From Eledone cirrhosa (Eukaryota): a stretch of DNA of 64,000 bases. Below, piece after piece: positions 43,932 to 58,997 of the stretch. Both the position numbers and the translations under genes were made by a program. The notes below the pieces were generated by a model, which was not told the origin of the DNA, ran no database searches, and saw nothing but the letters and a program-made list of their open reading frames with translations. The stretch covers positions 15,376,001 to 15,440,000 of the forward strand of contig OZ024754.1 in the NCBI GenBank assembly GCA_964016885.1, written 5' to 3'. The number at the start of each line of letters is the position of its first letter. Within the stretch, counting starts at the first letter, position 1.

Positions 43932-46453
43932 GAGATTATATTTAATTTTTTGGATTCAACAAGCTTAAATATTTTTAATACTGATATAAAGCACCCACCA
44001 GTTTAGTGGAGTAAATATACAATATATTAACAAATGGAAACTATATTTATAAAACCATATTTATTTTATTATACATATTTCAAGGGCCACCAAGGCAAAT
44101 TATGGTGCGCTTTCATCAGATAAAATACAATACAGATTAGTTTTATAAATAAATATTGACATACCCTGAAAAAAGACAACCTTAATGGTTGGAGCTTCCT
44201 GGAAGCTATCCAAGAAGCTCCAACCGTTAAGGTTGTTTTTTAAGACAATAGCAATACCACTTCCATAGGTAGACGGAAAGATCCGGAACTAGATTCAAAG
44301 AACACGAGTAGCCGAATAGATCACCACAAGACCGAAAATAATACAGACGAAGACACACACGAGCGACAGCCCACCTAGTACACATAGACAGAAGGCCGGC
44401 ACGCACACCACATGCGTCGCGGGAACTAGAACTAGGGACAGGGTAAGGGCGAGTACGGCCGTGAAACCCGGTAGAGGGAACATCCGGCCCTGTAGCAATG
44501 ATATAGCCCCGACAACAGCATCACATAGCATCAACGAGACTAACAATAGAACCGAAAATACAAAACGGAATACCTCAGCAAGCAAATGGCATAACCCCGA
44601 CGCCCACGGTAGAAATATAGATAGCGACAACATAGGGGACGAAATAACGGGCGGACAAAACCCAAGACAGACACCAGACCCAACACACATTCACGCTACT
44701 ACACACACACGAAAGAATAGGACAAGGTATAAGACCGTTACATGGTTTAACGCGCCGTATTCTAATAGGCAGCAATGTACCAGTCCTCTTCTTCCGAGCG
44801 TTAGACGAGTGCTTCCCGCCGTCGAGCAAATACCACAAGATTTTCAACCGCCACACGGTGAAGTTTTCCTTCTCCACCGCATCTAACATGGCCGACTACA
44901 TGGCCAAAACCAACGCGGGGAAGATGGGGAACCTCAACCGACAACAGCGGCGGCCGAATGACCGTCCATCGGAGCCCGGAGGGCCCCTCGCAGACCGGTC
45001 CTCCAACTACAACTCGGCCCGTGCGGCGGCCGCCAAACCTGCGGAAGACGATACAACCCAACGCCGGGCGGCAATGAGTGGCGGAGGTGAGACCACCGTG
45101 TCGGCAGAACATCACCCAGAGAATCGGGAGAGGACCGTGGCAGATCAAGGGCCAGGCATCCGAAATGAACAATATAACGATAGAACCTGCAATTGCAGAG
45201 CGGGCACACAGTGCCCCCTGCAGGGAAGATGCCTAACGAAGGGCCTGGTATATAAATGTGTGGTTAACACGCACATTATAAAGCGCACCTACATCGGCGC
45301 AACATCCACGACCTTTAAATCGCGGATGTATAACCACACAAACTCTTTCAAGGACCGGGGCAAGAGGCACTCTACTAGGCTGGCGGACCTGGTGTGGGAC
45401 TTGAAAGACAAATGCACCCCATGTGCCCTTAACTGGAGTATCGTTCGGCACGCGAGTGCTTATTCGGCTGGAAATAGAAAGTGCAGGCTATGCCTATCCG
45501 AGGCCATGGAGATAGTCAGACTGAAGGATGATGCGATCAACCTGAAATCAGAAATAATCATGACGTGCAGACACAAGAGAAGGTGCACACTCTCCGCATG
45601 GAATCCACCGGGCAGCCCAATCTAAAAGCAGGCAGCGGAGCGCACGCCGACCAAAGCGGCGAAACGGGTCAAAAGATCAGACACCATACCCGTTGACCAT
45701 ATATGCCCCGTGGGATAAGCCGAGTAACCCAGGATGCCCACCCGACTCTGCACGTCACCCTAGGCAAGAACATTACCTGAGCCGGGACAGGTTGACCCGG
45801 ATTCTATTGATATTCGGTCAAATGCCTTACACCAATAATACACTATACCTCAACCACAGTGACATACTCCAGTATGGCCGGACCAGGCACCCCACTGCAT
45901 TGTGTATCTTTTCAATAGAGAGTGCATACCCTCCACGTATTCCTTTTTGTAACACCTAACGCATTTTCCGTATACAGACCCACGTGTGTATATCATACTT
46001 ATATTGTGTACTACCTCTTATGCATACACATTCCTTCTTTTTTTATATATATTCTGTACGCATTTTCTATGTACGGTCTGCGCATACTCTGTACTGTAAT
46101 ACCATGAACGCCCATTATGTGGCCTTGCGTGAAGATTCCATACGTGGATTGATCCGTGGTCGCAACGTAACAACATCTCTGCAAACACATACAACTGGGC
46201 GCACCCTTTCATGTATAGAACACTGTGTATCTATGTGCCGTTATATGTATATTTTTAATATTTTTAATATTTTTAATATATCTTATATTTTATATTTTAT
46301 TATATATATATGCATATGCGTATATGTAAGTATATGTGTATATATATATATGTGTATGTATGTATTTTTTATATGTGTACATGTTTATAACAAGATGCAT
46401 CCTTTCATGTACGACCCATTGTGTATCTTTATATGACTTTGTGTGTATATTCT

Positions 46454-46460
<7 letters not shown>
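43930..46460 (+). mobile_element. 5'-truncated Naiad-type PLE with inverted family F pLTR at its 5' end
   Basis: 43930-44200 is a minus-strand F terminus (HHR 44062-44127); frameshifted ORF follows. Confidence 0.85.
44461..45625 (+). pseudogene. PLE linker and GIY-YIG endonuclease, frameshifted near 44770
   Basis: VTWFNAPYS, then KFSFST, CNCR..CPLQGRCL, LVY..YIGAT..FKSR..NH, CRLCLSE, CRH. Confidence 0.88.
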
Positions 46461-46521
<61 letters not shown>

Positions 46522-46566
46522 AAGTTAAATAAAAAGTCAAATGATTAAAATTTAGCTTCGTTTATT

Positions 46567-46621
46567 ACTGCTATATATATTTCAGTGACAGCCATCTTTG
46601 GCTGTGACCTCTTCAGGCAGT
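46567..46621 (-). ncRNA. Type I hammerhead ribozyme
   Basis: Reverse complement of 46826-46880. Confidence 0.88.
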
Positions 46622-46825
46622 TTGAATTAGTATGGTGTAGACAAGTACATATAGACAAGTACATATGTTGTTGAGGTGTATAATATTGTCAATACTCTGT
46701 CAATAATCATATGATTCCAGTTCCTCAGTGAAATAACAACCCAACAAGGAACTGGGCATATCAGAGTATTGACAATATTATACACCTCAACAACATATGT
46801 ACTTGTCTATACCATACTAATTCAA

Positions 46826-46880
46826 ACTGCCTGAAGAGGTCACAGCCAAAGATGGCTGTCACTGAAATATATATAGCAGT
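46826..46880 (+). ncRNA. Type I hammerhead ribozyme
   Basis: ACTGC-CTGAAGA-GGTcACAGCCA(aaga)TGGCTGTcACT-GAAA-TATATA-TA^-GCAGT. Confidence 0.88.
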
Positions 46881-47029
46881 AATAAACGAAGGTAAATTTT
46901 AATCATTTGACTTTTTATTTAACTTTATTTTACACTACTCCGGAGTAACCAAACCAACCTGCGCACTTCGTCGAGTGCTCCAGGATGCATACTGAGGTGT
47001 TGGTATACAACCAACATAAACTCAAAATC

Positions 47030-47129
<100 letters not shown>

Positions 47130-47251
47130 TTATATTTTTTTATATATATATTTTTTTTATGCGTGCGTGGGTATGTATGGGAATATGCGCATATTTGTAG
47201 GAGTGTATATGGGCTTGTGTGTGTGCGTGTACAAGCACCCCTGTAGGAAGG

Positions 47252-47348
<97 letters not shown>

Positions 47349-47521
47349 ACGATAAATTAACGGAGCCATAGACTCTCGCCATTGCCTGTAAATAATGTGC
47401 TCAAAGGAGAGGAAATCCTGAGCTCTTCACTGCCCTTAAACACGTTGTGACTTCTCTCTCCCACGTGTAGCTGGACAGTCATTTTAAAATTCTCTTAGTG
47501 TTGTCTGAAATGTATAGCCTT

Positions 47522-47603
47522 ACACACGCTGAAGAACTGGGGTTATTCCATTTCTGTCAACAACTTACTGGCGAAACCGATCTCTTTGGATTTGTACGTG
47601 TGT
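47522..47603 (+). ncRNA. Type I hammerhead ribozyme
   Basis: ACACACG-CTGAAGA-stem II-GAAA-stem III-TA^-CGTGTGT with a 7-bp stem I. Confidence 0.75.
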
Positions 47604-47768
47604 TATATAGTTATAGAGGTATTTATTTACGCTTTAATTTATATTTTGAATTATCATGTCTATAGTCTACCTTTCATAGGTTATAGATTCCATACACTGG
47701 TGGTTTTTCCCTGTTTTATTGATAGCGCACTGTATCTCTCTCTAGTGTGTTACCTTTTCAACATATTG

Positions 47769-47866
<98 letters not shown>

Positions 47867-48261
47867 ATATATATATATGCCTGTTTACGAGCGAGTGTGT
47901 ATCTGTGCGTGTATATATGGGTACGTGTGTATTTATGTGCGTGGATGGAGGTGGGGGGTCTACGAACAAGTCTGTACGTGTTTGTGTGTACGTGTATATA
48001 TACGCGTATGCATGTGTATGAGCATATGTGTGTGGGTGTTTACGTATATAGGCCTGTGGGCATGTGTCTATGTATATACGTGCCTCTCTGGATGAATGTA
48101 TGCGTATCTTTATATGTTTATATGTTCTCCTTAATGTGTGGGTATAGCGGGAGCCTATGCGTACGACTGTCGGTATCTATATGGTTGTGTGTGTGTGTAT
48201 GTGTGTGTGTGTGTGTGTGCGTGTGCGTGTGCGTGTGTGTGTGTGCGCGTGGATGTGTGGA

Positions 48262-48663
48262 CTAACAAACACAGCAGTAATTCATTGAAGCGTAGCAGAC
48301 ATGTGACAGCGAAATAATACCTGTGGTCAGTATTTAATAGAAGTAGGCAACCACCGGTCAATCACTGGGCGCGCGAAGAGGATGAAGTTTTTGACAGTAC
48401 TGGTCCATAGGGTCAAATACCCGAGTGGAAGAATATGCTCCGAAATCATTAGATGTGTCCGTCGAACCAGCGGGTCCAGAATCAGACAGATCCACACAAT
48501 GATCGAGTCTCGAGCTGTCCGGCGGCGAAACAATTGTAACACACAATAAATTGAGTCCAGATGCATCACTGATTTTTCGTTTTATATTATATCATACTCT
48601 GCCCTGTAAGAACATAGAGTGCTCAACCGGCATACCGCCTATGGAAGCATCTTAGCTATCATA
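48262..48663 (+). mobile_element. Family J pLTR with tail; HHR-like fold at 48454-48543
   Basis: Homologous to 13691-14060. Confidence 0.7.
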
Positions 48664-48720
<57 letters not shown>

Positions 48721-48843
48721 TATTTTTGAATGTATGTATATATTTATGTAAAAGGTAAATAGAAATAACAAAATTAACAAAACAAACGGTACAGTACATG
48801 GAAGAAATATATTAGTTTAACGCTTGAAATAACAGGAAAAGAG

Positions 48844-48879
48844 TCTTAACGTTTCGGACACTAGTCCTTCATCAGAAGA
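48844..48879 (-). ncRNA. Minimal type I hammerhead ribozyme
   Basis: TCTT-CTGATGA-aGGAC(tagt)GTCC-GAAA-CG-TT^-AAGA, the typical minimal PLE form. Confidence 0.8.
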
Positions 48880-48997
48880 TGGAGTTAGAAATAGAAGATA
48901 AATAGAAAGTAAAGAGCGATGAGACGAAGAAACGGGTAATGGGGAGAAAACATCACACGTGCATATTCAGTTGGCCATCATATATATATATATATAT

Positions 48998-49136
48998 AGT
49001 CCAGAATTAGCCGCCGAAACGGCTTGAGCTCAGCCGTCGGGGGGTCCTACTCGTTCCTATTACCCACTCTACTACCCCAAGTATTGAGTACTTTGGTGCG
49101 TTATGGTCCACCTGGTTCCTTACCACATTTCCTTCG

Positions 49137-49140
<4 letters not shown>
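48998..49140 (+). mobile_element. Family H 3' terminus
   Basis: Reverse complement of 58905-59052. Confidence 0.8.
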
Positions 49141-49169
<29 letters not shown>

Positions 49170-49841
49170 TACATATATATATATACATATATATATACAC
49201 AACCACGGCTGGCAAAGAAGTAAGGGTCTGGTGGTATGTAAGTAAGCAACACTGTGGCTTAAAATGCGAGGAAGAAGTTGTGTGCACTTACCAACTGTTT
49301 GGGGAATGAGTGTGAGATTTGTCTTGAGCAAGGGTGGCAGAATAACCGGAGGCAGCAGCCAGCCAGACATAGAGACAGATATTATAAGGTCGCGTTCTGG
49401 ACGCAGAGGGAATTGTGGGAAGTAACGTAATGCAAACAGCCAGATATACAGAAATAAATATATTATAAGGGCGCGACGTTATATGTATGTATCTATCTAA
49501 AAAGCGAAAGACTAAGAATTATAAAGAGAGATCGCTAAATCGCCTAATGCGGTCCCTAGGGCATTGAAAATTTGAAAATTATTTTGCTCAGAACACTCCC
49601 TGAAACATAAGTATTGCATGTGTAAAGTTTGAAAACAGTCGGTTGGAGAGATTCAAACTCACACACACACACACACATTCAAACTCATAATCACACCGTG
49701 ATTCGAACCAACATAACTTAGCATTCAACACATGCATGCAATCCGCACTCTCACACAGAGCACCACAGAACTATAATATTCTTTAACAGACATCCTCAGT
49801 TTTATATATATATATATATATATATAGATGATGACCGACTG

Positions 49842-49939
<98 letters not shown>

Positions 49940-50197
49940 TATATGCACCGTTCATTGAGTTTGAATTTGTATTGCCGCAAGAATGATTCTGTCGCTACAT
50001 AAATGTAGAGGTAATATATTTTAATACATGGTAAACTAGACATACATCTTCATTAAATACATTTCATGACGGTAGTCTTGCAGAATAATGGGTTTCATCT
50101 ACTGAAAGACCAGCCTCATAAAACCTAATTGTTTTATGGTAATGTAAGTCTGGTTTGCCACGTACTAACACACACACACACACACGCACGCACACGC

Positions 50198-50268
<71 letters not shown>

Positions 50269-50293
50269 AATATATATATATACGCGTGTTCTT

Positions 50294-51058
50294 GTGTTCA
50301 GTCCTATATTTTTAAAACTAATAGATAAACACTTCCCTATATCACATATATATCATAAAATCCTCAATAGAAAAACTATAAAACTCTCATACTCTACGGC
50401 TGCAAATATAGAATCCCACATACGCAAGATCAACCACAGAAATACCTCTAGGGAAACCGCCCCAACTATGCGCAACATAGCACCAAATTCTAAACATAAA
50501 CACATCATAGTATCACAACCGCAAACGCATACGAGCGCGCCGCAGCAAAACCTCAACTGGCACGAATCACAACCCACTTATAGCAGTGTACAAAACAGCA
50601 GTGTGGAAGCTGCACGGAATAACACCTCAAACTGCAATTGTCACTTACCTGATAGGTGCCCATTGGCGAACAGGTGCCTTGATTCGAGCCTAGTGTACAT
50701 GTGTACGGTGAACTCGGGCAACTCCACTAGGCATTACATTGGATCCACCACGGGTACTTTTAAAAAAAGATGGTATGTTCACAGACATTCGATGAAGAAC
50801 CGTGCACTAATAGGTTCTACAACCCTCACCAAAAAAATCTGGAAACTTAAGGACAAAAACATCAACTACAATATCAACTGGTCGAGGTTGTCGGCCGCAA
50901 GGGCATATAGTACCGGTATGTCCTATTGTAGGCTCTGCAACCTTGAATTACTATATATCCTTAGGAAGGATAAAAGGCTACTCAACAACAAGATAAAAAG
51001 GTCAATTTTCTGCAGACACAGGATCGCTACTAAATTCACAAGATTTAAGCCACCGTGA
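50294..51058 (+). CDS. PLE linker and GIY-YIG endonuclease (5'-truncated)
   Basis: FLKLIDKHFP, TIKLSYST, CNC..CPLANRCL, LVY..YIGST..FKKR, CRLCNLE, CRH. Confidence 0.9.
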   Translation: MFSPIFLKLIDKHFPISHIYHKILNRKTIKLSYSTAANIESHIRKINHRNTSRETAPTMRNIAPNSKHKHIIVSQPQTHTSAPQQNLNWHESQPTYSSVQNSSVEAARNNTSNCNCHLPDRCPLANRCLDSSLVYMCTVNSGNSTRHYIGSTTGTFKKRWYVHRHSMKNRALIGSTTLTKKIWKLKDKNINYNINWSRLSAARAYSTGMSYCRLCNLELLYILRKDKRLLNNKIKRSIFCRHRIATKFTRFKPP

Positions 51059-52291
51059 TTCGAACCAACATAACTTAGCATTCAACATATGAAATCCGCA
51101 CTCTCACACAGACCACCACAGAACTATAATATTCTTTAAGCAGCTTCTAGTCTCCTTAATTCTATACCCCAGTAATGTCTGCAAATATCTTATCAACCCA
51201 GAAATATATCTCTTCTCAGCTGCTGTCAACACAACCTCATCACTCTTGATTCTCAACAGAAGAATTTAACTCCAAGTACATTATTTGACTGCTACCACAG
51301 TCCTTGAAATATCACCTTCCTCCTGTTGTTATAATGAACACCCCAATGTATCCGTAATTGTAGTCATCATATTCTCTCTTCCTTCCTTCACCTCTGTATT
51401 AACTTACCTACTATATTGCTGTTATTATTATTTGGCAGTATCGGTAGAGGGTCGGACGCCATGCTTTCCAGCATAGTTACGTCCCTTTATGATCTGAGTT
51501 CAAATCCCGCCGAGGTTGACTTTGCCTTTCATCCTTACGGGGTCGATAAAATAAAGTACCAGTAATGCACTGGGTAATTGCTGGCCTTGTGCCTAAAGTA
51601 GAAACAATTATTATTATTGTTGTCTTATCCATGCATGATTTGTTATTGATGCTGTGAAAGCTAAACAACCCCATGATTCGAACTAACAATCCCTTCATCT
51701 AATATAGACCACTTAAATAATTGTTTCTATTTTCGGCACAAGGCCAGCAATTACCCAGTGCATTACTGGTACTTTATTTTATCGACCCCGTAAGGATGAA
51801 AGACAAAGTCAACCTCGGCGGGATTTGAACTCAGATCGTAAAGGGACGTAACTATGCTGGAAAGCATGGCGTCCGACCCTCTACTGATACTGCCAATCCA
51901 CTGAATCCGCTTTACACCACATAAAAATTACCATCCTCACTACAATGACAATATTTTATCTGTCAGATAATAAATAATTCTTACGGTCAGCAAACCTACA
52001 GTAAAGTAAATCGTCCACTGTTTCAAGCCCCAGGTTATCTCTACACGATATATAATACACCCTATGACAGCTTTTACATGTCAATTTCATACATCTGCTT
52101 CGTATCAGTTCGTTTTACATGTTAAAGTCATCAGTATACGCTATGTCTTACTTAGATTGATGTTGTGATTATTTTAACTATTTACGGTCTAGCTAATTTA
52201 TTCGAGTACTGCTAGTATTGTTATTATTGTTCTGATTTAATGCCACTACTATATATAGAAGCCATGCCTGTGTATTTCCTTCATTCTCGCA

Positions 52292-52403
52292 TGCTCTGAT
52301 GAATAGACAGACTGGTTATAACAAAGTATTGGTGATCGATTGACGCAAAAACAGGCGGGTAGCGATCTCTAGACCTACCAGTTCAGAGAAATAATTGTCA
52401 GCA
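52292..52403 (+). ncRNA. Hammerhead ribozyme with long stem II (family G)
   Basis: TGCT-CTGATGA-(~85 nt)-GAAA-TAATTG-TC^-AGCA. Confidence 0.65.
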
Positions 52404-52634
52404 ATGTCAATAAAGCCCTTATTGTATAGCAAACCGTGTCACTCTTCTTTCTTGATTTATTATTACTCCAAGTGTAAACTACATAGAAATCACCGCGTAC
52501 TCGCAACATCACTATGGAAACGTCTTGTTGAGTCAAACTTAGCCAAGCTAATACTATCCACTACTCGGAGTACTCTAACTGGACTACATCTAAGTGGACT
52601 ACCTATAACAATAATTTGTTATCCCGTATATATG

Positions 52635-52694
<60 letters not shown>

Positions 52695-52697
52695 AAG

Positions 52698-52903
<206 letters not shown>

Positions 52904-52904
52904 G

Positions 52905-53160
<256 letters not shown>

Positions 53161-53618
53161 AAGAGCAGACAGAGTGGGAGAGAGAGGGAGGGAGAGAAAG
53201 AAAGAGAGTGAGAGTGAGAGAGAATGATTTGAAAGAGACTTCGCTGCTGCATTTTCTAGCAAGTTGAGCCTCTGAGTAGAGAAGCATTCTTATTGGCTTC
53301 ATGACGAGAGACCTGATAAATGGTAGATCGATATTTGAGTTATAAATAGAAATACATGTGCCAGCCGGTCACTCTTCAATGCAATAGACAGGTGTTTTTT
53401 GAAAGCGTAATTTACAAAATTTCCGAATCTCTTAATGGACTGTTGAAGAGATTTCTCATTCTTGTTTTTTTTTTGTTCTTGTTTTTCCTTTTAGATCATC
53501 TATTTTTTTTTAGTTTTCTTATGTTTTTGCTGTACGTTGTTGACTAGGTTTCATGAGTGTAATATGTAGAGTTTGGAACTACTGTAGTTTGTAAGAGAAT
53601 GTTACCTTCAAATATTCT

Positions 53619-53714
<96 letters not shown>

Positions 53715-53840
53715 CACACAGAGTCACATGTACATATACAAATGAAATATATCAAACAGAGACACACAGCATAGAATTATATATACTGTCATGAAAATGT
53801 GTGTATAATCTAATTAATGTACATGAGCAATGTATGTATA

Positions 53841-53891
<51 letters not shown>

Positions 53892-53969
53892 CAATAAAAA
53901 CGGTAAAGTGAAACCTCGCTCTGTCTTCAATATTTATATGGGTATATAGGCATATAAATATATATATAA

Positions 53970-54023
<54 letters not shown>

Positions 54024-54181
54024 ATATACATATATATATTTATACAGATCTCTCTTTATATATATATATACACGTATATATATATATATACATATAATAT
54101 ACATATATATACATGTATATATATACATATATATACATATATATATATACATGTATATATATACATATATATACATATACA

Positions 54182-54517
54182 CCTGACTCATGGTCGGGTC
54201 GTTGGCGACTAAACTGGCAACCCCACCAAGGTTTCTTGGTGAGGAGGGTGACTTTGGATATCCTGCAGGACTAAAAACAAAACCTGTCAAAGGGCAAAGG
54301 AGCTCTTAAGAGTCAATGGCCAGCCAAAATCACCGGGAGAGATGACCCCTTAGCCTTTGTCAAGGCAGAATTCTAGGAGATGGAAAACTCTGATATAACA
54401 CCTGCAACTCTGATGGTATCCAATGATGTTGACTTGTTCTTCTTTTTGGTAAATATCATCTTGGTTAGAGAGTGGGATTGGCTTTGTGCAGTGCCTTTGC
54501 TCACTATAAAAGCTTCA
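54182..54517 (+). mobile_element. Family I retroposon 5' part (cut by the gap)
   Basis: Reverse complement of 21679-21910 with extra 5' sequence. Confidence 0.7.
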
Positions 54518-54717
54518 NNNNNNNNNNNNNNNNNNNNNNNNNNNNNNNNNNNNNNNNNNNNNNNNNNNNNNNNNNNNNNNNNNNNNNNNNNNNNNNNNNN
54601 NNNNNNNNNNNNNNNNNNNNNNNNNNNNNNNNNNNNNNNNNNNNNNNNNNNNNNNNNNNNNNNNNNNNNNNNNNNNNNNNNNNNNNNNNNNNNNNNNNNN
54701 NNNNNNNNNNNNNNNNN
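54518..54717. other. Assembly gap (200 N), followed by ~2.1 kb of irregular AT sequence
   Basis: Run of N; 54718-56833 is degenerate (TA)n, possibly low-quality consensus. Confidence 0.99.
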
Positions 54718-54757
<40 letters not shown>

Positions 54758-54758
54758 A

Positions 54759-54803
<45 letters not shown>

Positions 54804-54813
54804 ATATATATAT

Positions 54814-54868
<55 letters not shown>

Positions 54869-54951
54869 ATATATTATATATATATTATATATTATATATA
54901 TATATATATATTAATATATATATATATTATATATATATTATATTATATATA

Positions 54952-55019
<68 letters not shown>

Positions 55020-55071
55020 ATATATTATATATATATAATATTATATATATATATTAAATATATATATATAT

Positions 55072-55103
<32 letters not shown>

Positions 55104-55181
55104 TATATATATATATATATATATTATATAAATTATATATATATATATATTATATATTATATATATTATATATATATATAT

Positions 55182-55212
<31 letters not shown>

Positions 55213-55821
55213 ATATATATTATATATTTATATATATATATATATATATTATATATATTATATATATATATATATATTATATATATAATATATATATTAT
55301 ATATATATATATATATTATAATATTATATATATTATATATATTATATATAATTATATATTATATATTATATATTATATATATATATATTTATTATATATA
55401 TATATATATATATATTATATTAATATATATATATATATTATATATAGTATATATATATTATATAATTATATATATATTATTATATATATAATATTATATA
55501 TATATTATATATATATATGTATATATATTATATATATATTATTATATTATATATATATATATATTATATATATTATATAATATATATATATTAGTATATA
55601 TTATATATAATAATATATTATATATATTATATATATTATATTAGATTATTATATATATTACTATATATATATATAGTAATATTATAATAGTATATATAAT
55701 ATAGTATATATTATATATATATATAGTATAGTATATATATATATATATATATAATAGTATATATATTATATATATATATATAGTATATATATATTATTAT
55801 ATAGTATATATATTATATAAT

Positions 55822-55886
<65 letters not shown>

Positions 55887-56067
55887 ATATAGTATATATA
55901 TTATATATATATTATATATATATATTATATAATATTTATATATAATATATATATATATATATTATATATATATATATATAATATATTATATATATTATAT
56001 TATATATATTATATATATATATATTATAATATATATATTATATATAATATTATATATATTATATATA

Positions 56068-56150
<83 letters not shown>

Positions 56151-56154
56151 ATTA

Positions 56155-56193
<39 letters not shown>

Positions 56194-56246
56194 TATATAT
56201 ATTATATTATATATATATATATTATATATATTATATATATAATATT

Positions 56247-56285
<39 letters not shown>

Positions 56286-56798
56286 TATATATATTATATT
56301 ATATATATATTATTATATATAAATATATTATATTTATATATATATATATATTATATATATATATAATATATATAGTATATATATTATATATATATATATA
56401 TATTATATATATTATATATATATATATATATTATATATATTATATATTATATATATTATATTATATATATATATTATATATATATATATATAATATTATA
56501 TATATATATTATATTTATATTATATATATTATATATATTATATATTAATATATTATATATTATATATATATTATATATATTATATATTATATTATATTAT
56601 ATATATATATACTATATATTAATATATTATATATATTATATATATTATATTATATATATATATTTATATATATTATATATATTATATTATATATATATTA
56701 TATATATTATTATATATATATATTATATATATTCTATATATATATATTATATACTATTATATATATTATATATTATATATATATTATATATATTATTA

Positions 56799-56832
<34 letters not shown>

Positions 56833-57071
56833 TACAAATATATTACACAAATAGAAGTGTGTGACACAGTGAGATGTGTGTAAAGAATGATTACAAGTGA
56901 TTTTTACCGTACTGTATAGAAAACAATATCTACAGGTTTAGCAATTAAATAGAAAAAACCTGAGTCAGAATTAAATCTCTGAAGTAGATTTTAAATTACT
57001 AACCTTATAACTATAAGTTTGCTGATACGAATTAAGTTCGTTTTACCACAGAAACGTGCAGTTTAACAGCC

Positions 57072-57129
<58 letters not shown>

Positions 57130-57132
57130 TAT

Positions 57133-58040
57133 TATATTTCCGTTATACGATCTAGCCCTAGCTAGGATCTCCCAGTGTAACTTATATTGGGTGTGGTTGT
57201 CTTTTAGACTCCAGATATAAGCTGAAAGTGACGTCATATTCCTTCTTAGAGGGTAGCGAAAAGAATGGGTATGCATGTAAAGACGCTGCTTGAATCTATT
57301 GGCGGTTAACCCTATGTAGGCCCTACGGGACGTGGGTGTTTCAACCTTACATTTGTAGGCAATGTTACTAGAGAGGCATTTCCCGGATAGGGGGCAATCA
57401 ACCCGATTCCTACAATTACAGTTAGTACGAACTACAGGGTTGCACTGTTCCTACGGCTAAGTAGTTTAGCTAAATTTGAAGCTGTGATGTTATGTGCAAG
57501 GTTAGGAGTCGTAGAGTAAAAAATTTTAATAGTATTTCTATTAAAAATGTTACTATATTTATGTGTAGGGGGAAAATGCTTCGTAATAAGGGAAAGAAAG
57601 ATCTTAGCTAATGGAGTGGCCACCTTCATATTATATAGTTGGTTATACCAACAAATGCGACGGGATCTATTTCTGCTAGGTCTATTTTCGTACTCTGTAT
57701 ATGCTACCTTATCGACAAATCCACTCCGAGCAAGAGCTTCATTGTAATAAGTGGAATGGTCGTTGAAAATATGCTCGTTAGTAGATAGACGGGAAAGCCT
57801 CAACGAAACGTTTCTTACCAGGTTCTTGGTTATGCTGGCAGGATGGTTGGAATGCTTACTTATGTAATTAAGGGTATCATTCGGCTTTCTATACGGGTAA
57901 TACAACCCATTCGATAAATTGAGGGTAACGTCGAGGTAATTAACGACCGAGAGATTGGCCTCAACCTGTATAGAGAGGTTGAAGCCTTTAAAGTAGGCTG
58001 TGAGTTCTTTTCTGAACCTGTCGCAAGCACGAGGTCCAAT
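57133..58040 (-). pseudogene. Naiad-type PLE fragment (RT thumb and GIY-YIG), frameshifted, truncated at both ends
   Basis: NYLDVTL..YYPYRKPN..SNHP; after a frameshift CNCRNRVDCPLSGKCL..YIGLT..FKQR. Confidence 0.88.
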
Positions 58041-58061
58041 TTGTGAGGCGGGGTAACCAGT

Positions 58062-58390
58062 ACTTGATTTTATTGACCCTGTAAGGATGAAAAACAAAGC
58101 TAGCCTGGCGGGATTTAAATCCAGAACATAAAAGACCGTAACTCTATGTCACGAAGCATGGTGTCCGATGTACTGCCGACAATGCCTCTCCACCAATCTA
58201 ATCAGTGTAAATGATTTTTTTCTACCTTTGGCAAAAGGCCAGCAATTAACCCAGTGCGTGACTGGTACTTTAATTTATCGACCCCCGTAAGGATGAAAGG
58301 CTAAGTTAACCTCAGCAGTATTTGAACATAAAAGGCCTTAACTCTATGCTGCAAAGCATGGCATCTGACCCTCTACCGATACTGCCAAAT
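58062..58390 (-). mobile_element. Two tRNA-SINE copies
   Basis: Reverse complement of the SINE consensus at ~58062-58195 and ~58218-58390. Confidence 0.8.
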
Positions 58391-58440
58391 GGTTTCTGAT
58401 TTAGGCATAGCGATTGGTTGAACACAGTCTCATTTTAAGA

Positions 58441-58537
58441 TTCCTGCATCTGACGAGCAATCAATTTCAGAGTCAATCCCGATCGTGATTGATCGAACCT
58501 TGAACTGGTCTATTACGAAACGCTCGTCACGTGAGAA
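58441..58537 (+). ncRNA. Probable hammerhead ribozyme
   Basis: CTGACGA...GAAA-CGCTCG-TC^; stem I is imperfect. Confidence 0.5.
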
Positions 58538-58586
58538 TAAAACTTGTATGAGGTGTTAAATTGATACTTCGTTCCCGCCTGCATAT

Positions 58587-58698
<112 letters not shown>

Positions 58699-58858
58699 AG
58701 AAAGCATGTGGTAAAATACCAGGTGGACCATAACGCACCAGAGTAGTCAATACTTGGGGTAGTAGAGTGGGTAATGTTTCGGATCTAACTGTTGAAACGG
58801 CCGGAATTCAGCCGTCAGGGTCCTGAATCTCTCTCTCTCTCTCTCTCTGTCTTTATTT

Positions 58859-58906
<48 letters not shown>

Positions 58907-58997
58907 CGAAGGAAATGTGGTAAGGAACCAGGTGGACCATAACGCACCAAAGTACTCAATACTTGAGGTAGTAGAGTGGGTAATAGGAACCAGTAAG

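Larger units (their letters stand above)
46515..47028. mobile_element. Fold-back mini-element with two intact HHRs and a 3' tail
   Basis: 46515-46699 inverted to 46761-46933; tail to 47028. Confidence 0.85.
50290..52626 (+). mobile_element. 5'-truncated Naiad-type PLE (family G) with two SINE insertions (51432-51618 +, 51716-51908 -)
   Basis: GIY-YIG ORF, long 3' UTR, HHR, tail, then (TA)n. Confidence 0.85.

Noticed and set aside
54190-54290. HDV-like ribozyme at the family I 5' end
   Set aside because: GACTAA motifs are present, but I could not assign the nested double pseudoknot by eye.
57420-57440. Selenocysteine readthrough, as reported for some Naiads
   Set aside because: The break is a frameshift ending at TAG, and the conserved Cys positions in all ORFs here are ordinary Cys codons.
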